From assembly GCA_963727895.1 (NCBI GenBank), contig CAVSHT010000007.1, positions 64,001 to 128,000 on the forward strand: a DNA stretch of 64,000 nt, written 5' to 3'. Positions 58,155 through 64,000 of this stretch are shown in pieces (the first letter of the stretch is position 1; each line of letters starts with the position of its first letter). A program made the position numbers and the translations under genes. Origin of the DNA: an uncultured Methanosarcinaceae archaeon (GTDB taxonomy: Archaea > Halobacteriota > Methanosarcinia > Methanosarcinales > Methanosarcinaceae). Under the pieces are notes generated by a model. It worked only from the letters and a program-made list of their open reading frames with translations. It ran no database searches and was not told the DNA's origin.

Positions 58155-58466
58155 ATGAAATTATACCACATGGGGGAAGTTGTCCGGCACAAAGAGTTGT
58201 TCGAAAAAATCTCTTCATTCCTTGAAAAAGAAGGAGCAACTAAGATAGCAGTGTTTGGCTCTTATTCTCGGGGGGAGGAAAAGCCGGAAAGCGATATAGA
58301 TATTCTTGTAGAATTTTCAGAAACAAAAAGCTTGCTTACCCTTGTCAGGATTGAAAGGGAGCTATCTGAGTTTCTTGGGGTAAAAGTCGATTTACTTACT
58401 GAGAAATCAATAAGTCCATATCTCATTGACGGAATCAAAAAAGAAGCAAAAGTGATCTCTGCATGA
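58155..58466 (+). CDS. Minimal nucleotidyltransferase (MntA-like antitoxin)
   Basis: VFGSYSRGEEKPESDIDILVEF...LGVKVDLLT. Confidence 0.9.
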   Translation: MKLYHMGEVVRHKELFEKISSFLEKEGATKIAVFGSYSRGEEKPESDIDILVEFSETKSLLTLVRIERELSEFLGVKVDLLTEKSISPYLIDGIKKEAKVISA

Positions 58467-58507
58467 AAAAGAATGACTCTGTTTATCTCAGTCATATCCT
58501 TAATTGA
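58463..58507 (+). pseudogene. N-terminal remnant of a HEPN/DUF86 toxin
   Basis: ATGA overlap with the MNT stop; MKKNDSVYLSHILN* resembles a DUF86 N-terminus; the rest is missing. Confidence 0.6.
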
Positions 58508-58616
58508 AACTATTTTCAATACTTTACATAAATACAAAAACGCAATGGAAACCTTATAATACAATACATCTCTTCTGAATTCATATAGCCAAAAATGGAA
58601 TTTTAGGCGATTGTAT

Positions 58617-59129
58617 ATGAAAAAATACATCTACTTCATATTGTTTATTTTGCTGGTGGCAGTGGTTGTCGGGGTTTTTGTAGGATCACAAAACGATAAA
58701 AATGCCTCTCAGAATCAATCAAAATCTCAGCAAAACCCTATAAAATCAGCTTACCAGGATGTTGCATGGGGAAATAACGTCCAGAAACATTTGAGGATAC
58801 TTAATGCAGATTTGGATAGTGTATCCAATGCTTCAAGCAATTCTGATTATGCCACGCTCGCGGTTTATGCAGAAAAAATAGTAAATGATACTCAGAATAC
58901 CATTCAGGAAAACGATCAATATACCGTATCTTCCAAACTCCAGGGTGCGCAAAAAGAATGGAGAGCTGCTCTTCAGGACTATAACTCTGCAGGCAAGTTT
59001 TTGTTGCAGGGGGCAAATGAGGCGAAAAATGGCACTGGAGGAATTGAAAATTTACAAAAAGCCAGAACACTTCAAGATTCCGGTACAGCTCATCTTGAGA
59101 ATGCTTCCAGGTTAGCAGGAATAAAATAA
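58617..59129 (+). CDS. Membrane-anchored/secreted hypothetical protein
   Basis: N-terminal hydrophobic helix followed by a helical domain. Confidence 0.7.
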   Translation: MKKYIYFILFILLVAVVVGVFVGSQNDKNASQNQSKSQQNPIKSAYQDVAWGNNVQKHLRILNADLDSVSNASSNSDYATLAVYAEKIVNDTQNTIQENDQYTVSSKLQGAQKEWRAALQDYNSAGKFLLQGANEAKNGTGGIENLQKARTLQDSGTAHLENASRLAGIK

Positions 59130-59378
59130 ATTTATTTTTTTTGAAGCAGAGAATATTTATAAAAAACCTGGTTTTTTGTGAAAACAATTTTTTGTTTGGT
59201 ATTTAACTTTTTAAATCTTTCACTTTTTCATTTATTCTTAAATCTTCTATTGATCCTCATTAAGCAAGTATTAGAGTTACACGTAAAAGAGGAAAGAAAG
59301 GTAAAAGGTTGGAAAAAAGTGGAAAAAAGGTTGGAAAGAAAAGGTGAAAAATTAAGAACTTTGTTTTTAAGACGTGGT

Positions 59379-59807
59379 TCAAACAACCACAATATTAAGT
59401 TTGAATGTCTGTTCATTGCCTGTTTCAGTTTCCCAGGATCTTTTGTATATTGCATTTACCTGCTGGCTTCCTTTTTCCGTGGCCTTAATTTCCCATAAAC
59501 GATATCCTGCTGCACCAATAACAGATCTTCCCTCTTTTTTGGAAGTTTCAGGAGAGTAGTATTTGTCTGAAAGCTGGTTAAGTCCGCTGCTCAGGCTGAG
59601 TTGCCATGAATAACCAGTACTTGGGTTTTCTTTAAGTTTCAGGTAAAAAGTGTGTCCTTCTTTAATATGTATGGTATTTCCGTTGTCAACTTCAGTAATA
59701 ATCTTATTTTGACTTGTTGTATCAGGTTTAGCACATAAAGCTGTTGGAAGCATTGCCAGAACTAAAAATATTATTAAAAATATTATTCCATACCTTGCTC
59801 TTACCAT
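59379..59807 (-). CDS. Chagasin-family (I42) cysteine protease inhibitor, secreted
   Basis: ENPSTGYSW, IGAAG, YKRSWE motifs; signal peptide; GGAGGTG RBS. Confidence 0.9.
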   Translation of the reverse strand: MVRARYGIIFLIIFLVLAMLPTALCAKPDTTSQNKIITEVDNGNTIHIKEGHTFYLKLKENPSTGYSWQLSLSSGLNQLSDKYYSPETSKKEGRSVIGAAGYRLWEIKATEKGSQQVNAIYKRSWETETGNEQTFKLNIVVV

Positions 59808-59838
59808 CTTTTCACCTCCCATATCAACAATTTTCAAG

Positions 59839-59887
59839 TAATTCTGATTACACATAATTCTGGTTACACATAATTCTGGTTACACAT
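59839..59887. repeat. 3 x 16-bp tandem repeat upstream of the chagasin gene
   Basis: TAATTCTGrTTACACA x3. Confidence 0.8.
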
Positions 59888-60201
59888 TTCTTTTTGCGTA
59901 TTCTTTGAAATTTAATCGAATTTTCAAAATACATATTTATATTTTCAGCACACAAAAGCTGTAATCAACCAGCCAAGTAGAAAAGAAAACCCAATTCATT
60001 TTTGACTAACAAATCTAAATTTTAATGGTTCGGTGTCTATATGCACATAACTAATTAATAGATAAATATATAAATTACACAGAATTCTATTTTCTTATAA
60101 TTCTTATTTCTCCAAAATTAATCGTTGCAGTAAGAACTTTTCTATCCAGTAACCCGTTTCAGAATTAAATAGTCAGATTACTTGAATCAGGTTAATTAAG
60201 A

Positions 60202-60615
60202 TCACAGATTAGCAAAGTTGCTATCAGTACTCATTTTCCAAATTCTATAGTCTTCCAGGTCATCTTTAATAAAGCTAAATGCAAAAGCCATGACAGCAAC
60301 ATCATCCACAAGTCCGATTACAGGTAATACATCTGGAAAGATGTCAACTGGACTTATTAAATAAAGAAAGGCAAGTATCAGCACTAATGTTGTTTTCTTT
60401 GGAAGCGTATATTTTCCTTTAAATGAATCCAGTAACATAGAAAACAACAACCCTAAATAATCCCAAATTTTTCTATAATCTGTTGAACGATAACGATAAT
60501 TTATTTCTTCTTCAGGGAAATCCAGATTAGTATCAGAAACTTTTTTTGAACTAATCTCAAACTGTTCCAGATTTGTTCCAACATGTTTTATTCTGTAATT
60601 ATTTGTTTTATCCAT
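60202..60615 (-). CDS. YkvA/DUF1232-family membrane protein
   Basis: LYLISPVDIFPDVLPVIGLVDD. Confidence 0.88.
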   Translation of the reverse strand: MDKTNNYRIKHVGTNLEQFEISSKKVSDTNLDFPEEEINYRYRSTDYRKIWDYLGLLFSMLLDSFKGKYTLPKKTTLVLILAFLYLISPVDIFPDVLPVIGLVDDVAVMAFAFSFIKDDLEDYRIWKMSTDSNFANL

Positions 60616-60794
60616 AGCATCCCCCTGTATTCATTGCTTAAATTGTATGTCAAGCTTTTTATATTAATTTTTGAGTTTTTCTATTTCCATATAGACTTTC
60701 CCTGGATTAAGTGGTTTGGCATGTACATGATAAATTCCGCTTTCTTTTACAGTAAACTCGGGATTTTCAGGAAGATAACCTCTTTTTGGCTGTG

Positions 60795-61070
60795 TCAATA
60801 CGAATGTGTTTTGGAGAACGCAATGTATGAATCTTTACTTATTGTCACATTTATTTTCTCGGGGCCATTGGGATTATCAATCCAGAATTTATATTTTGCA
60901 CCTTCAGCGAGGTTAACTTGAAAATCCGATTCCTTGGATACTGCTTCCAATAGGACATGATTTTCACCTCCTTGAAAGGCAGCGATTATATAATATAAAG
61001 TAATGACTATATAAAGCGGTATAAGACTCCTTGATTTTTTTGTTGTTCTAATATTTTTCTCCCCCCACAT
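60795..61070 (-). pseudogene. Fragment of a membrane-anchored hypothetical protein
   Basis: TM segment plus short beta-rich region; flanks look coding but are disrupted. Confidence 0.35.
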
Positions 61071-61737
61071 GGAATATCGGATGCTCAGAAAATATCAATC
61101 TTAAAAATGCTTTCCAAAAAACTTCATTTTCAGTCAAGTACCTGCATTATAATTCAATTTTAAATATATTAATATTTCTATAAATCAATTTTCATTAATT
61201 ATCCTCTGAAAAATAAAATCATATCAACAAACATTTCTATTTCTATTATTTTATTCTGTTTTTCTTCGTTTTGTGTAATAAATTTTGTTATCCTAAAGTT
61301 TTCTCTTTGATTATGTAGTTTCTAGTCCTTAGTTAAACTTATATAACACTATAATTTTTTTAAGTATGTGTAACATTTAGAAATTTGGACAGTATCCCCT
61401 AGAAAATGCTGTCTTCCTATGCTATAACAGCTATACTATCAGGGCGACAAAACCGGATAAAAATTAAATGGGAATATTATTTTGAGTGTTGAGTTTTTTT
61501 CTTCTTTTTTAAGGACTTGCCTCAAAGAATGTAATTTACAGGTTATTGTGAAGATTCGATATGGTCCTATCTGATCTTATCTAATCGATCCAGCTGATTA
61601 ATTAATATCAGTTTCTTGGGTTTTGTGACATCTGTATACTACGCCAGGTTCTCCACAGCCGGTTATTTACGCTGATAATTGCTGCAAAAACAAAACCTTG
61701 CGACTTCATCTAAAATTTTACTACGGGGCTTACCATG

Positions 61738-64000
61738 ATGTATGTAAAAGAAATCTCGAAAATTATTTTTTGTCAATTTTCACTCTTCACCTGATGACTG
61801 CAGGAAGTGCAGCAGCTACTGTAATTTCTGTAAATAACGGTACAGGTCAGGAGTGCAAATTTCACCATCTATCCAGGCTGCTGTAGCTGCTGCAAATCCA
61901 GGAGATGAAATAGTTGTCAAACCCGGTATTTATGAGGAGAATATTGTTATTGACAAGAACGTATCTATTGTTTCCGAATCTGGAAATTTCTCCGATACTA
62001 TTGTCCAGGCAGCCGATAGTTCTCAAGATATTTTCAGTATCTGGCAAACGGTGTAAGCATTAAAGGTTTTGGCATAAGTGGATCCAATTCCGCTGGAATT
62101 CATCTTCTTGGAGTTAGTGACTGCCATATTGAAAACAATAAATTGTTCAATAACAACTGTGGTATCGATCTGTACATGATGAGTTCAGGCAACAGGCTTG
62201 AAAATAATGAAATTTCAGACTGTCCAACCGGTATCAGTCTTGGTGGCAGCTTGTACAATAATTTGAGTAATAATTTAATCTCAAACTGCAGTAGCGGAAT
62301 TTCACTCTTTGATTCGTCTAATAATTTCCTGGAGAACAATACAATCTCAGAAAATATCGAAGGCATCTCTCTTGCAGGCGAGTCAAACGATAATACGCTG
62401 ATAAATAATACTGTAATCTTCAATGAAGAACTAGGACTGCATATATACGAAACTTCAAACAATCTGGATTTATAACAATCATTTCAATAACACGGTAAAT
62501 GTAAAGTCCGAAGTCGATTTCGGATACAAATATCTGGAACACGACTAAAACCAAGGGTATTAACATAGCTGGTGGCCCTTACCTCGGAGGCAATCTCTGG
62601 GCAAGACCTGATGGGACTATATATCCTGAAGAGTCAAGGGATGTTGACCTTGACGGAATTCTTGATTCTCAGTATAATATTGAGGGCAGCCAGTTCATAG
62701 ATTATCTCCCCCTCAAGGAATCCAAGCAAGTAATGCTTACTGTAAATAACAGTACAGGGAAAGCTGCGGATTTTACCTCTATCCAGGCTGCAATAGACAA
62801 TGCATCTCCTGGTGACACGATCCTTATTTTCCCGGGTATCTATGAAGAAAATGTTGATGTATATGTAACAGAACTTAACCCTTACCTCCGAATCTGCCAG
62901 CAATGGGGATACAATTGTCAAGGCAGCCAGCAGTCAGGATGATGTTTTCTACATTACTGCGGACGGAGTGACAATTCAAGGGCTGAATATAACGGGGCCT
63001 GTAGACTTCCCATATGCAGGCATACGTCTTAATGGAGTTAAGTATTGTAATATCGAAAATAATCAGCTATCTAACAATTACAGCGACCTATTCTAAATAT
63101 TTCCTCTGGGACCAGTTCCTTCACTCTCAATAATTCAAGTTCAGATGCAGGACTTGGAATTCGCCTTGATTCTTCCAGCAGTAATATTTTAAATAATAAT
63201 GCATTGGTAAACAAAAATGGATATGTATGCTTATAACATATATTTCTTCATGAACTGCCCAAAATGTAATAGTTCCAGTCACAATAAGAACGGTATAGTT
63301 GGTGGGCGTCAACGCTACAAATGCCATGATTGTGGATATAACTATGCCCTTGAAGGATTGGGCTTTCGTTCAATAGGAAGAGTTTTAGGGGTGAGTCATG
63401 TTTCTGTCCAAAAATAGATAAAGAAATTTGGTCAGGAGTTAGAGAACCTAAAAAGTGAAAATGAGATATCTATTGTTGAAATGGATGAGATGCACACTTA
63501 CATTGGTAACAAAAAAAATATTGCTGGATCTGGATTGCTGTTGATAGAGTTGGGAAAAAGTTCATCAACTGCTCTTTTGGTAGCAGAGGGACGGAAACTG
63601 GAAAACTACTCTGGGAAAAATTGAAGAAAAAAGAGATTGGAGAAGTGATGACAGATCACTGGAGAGCATATGCAGAGTTTCTTCCAGAAAAGATCCATAC
63701 TCAATCCAAAGCAGAAACGTATACTGTTGAAGGATATAACAGCATATTGAGGCACTTTTTGGCAAGGTTGAGAAGAAAGACAAAGTGTTATACGAAGAGT
63801 CTTGAAATGCTAAAGTACTCGGTTATTCTATTGATGAAATAAAGAAATAAAGAACTAGATATAGTTAAGTAACAATACCAATAATAATACTATAACTGGG
63901 AACAGGATCTCAATTCTTTTGCGTAACTCCATAGAAAATACACTTATTAACAATTCTGCATTAGGCAGCAAGTATGGAATATGGGTGGATTCTTCCAGTA
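61738..64000 (+). pseudogene. NosD/CASH right-handed beta-helix cell-surface protein, multiply frameshifted and IS1-interrupted; runs off the window
   Basis: SIQAAVAAANPGDEIVVKPGIYEENI (twice), NN.I..N..GI.L repeats, GGPYLGGN.W motif spread over several frames. Confidence 0.85.
63201..63879 (+). mobile_element. IS1-family element, copy 7 (internal deletion in insA)
   Basis: Ends GCATTGG...CAATACC; TSD AATAATAAT on both sides; about 60 bp missing after GYNY. Confidence 0.95.

Noticed and set aside
61510..61735. Riboswitch or ncRNA in the leader of the NosD-like gene
   Set aside because: No recognisable conserved motif or convincing stems

Overview
This window is an AT-rich archaeal chromosome segment, almost certainly Methanosarcina, based on hdrED, pycAB, a single histone, S-layer/PGF-CTERM proteins and the Methanosarcina-type IS1. 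The housekeeping backbone includes fdhB, priS-GINS, rpl44e-rps27e-aIF2a-nop10-PAC2-EndoQ, two tRNAs, hdrED, trmJ, mcm, birA-pycAB, rfcS, dacZ and pelota-rqc2. It carries seven IS1-family copies, two IS1 right-end stubs, one IS630, at least three MITEs and many pseudogenes. The main result is a locus rebuilt from target-site duplications: a stand-alone FGE/C-type-lectin-fold gene (2805-3710), an unannotated EACC1-like membrane protein (2198-2626) and a caspase (C14)-FGE/CLec fusion. The two halves of the fusion now lie 52 kb apart (1998-2180 and 52687-54440) but rejoin in frame. Both lectin C-termini show the codon pattern of diversity-generating-retroelement variable repeats. This suggests a decayed, hypermutated sensor-caspase conflict/immunity module broken up by two IS1-mediated inversions. 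No reverse transcriptase or template repeat is visible in the window. Family assignments come from motif recognition only; no searches were run.
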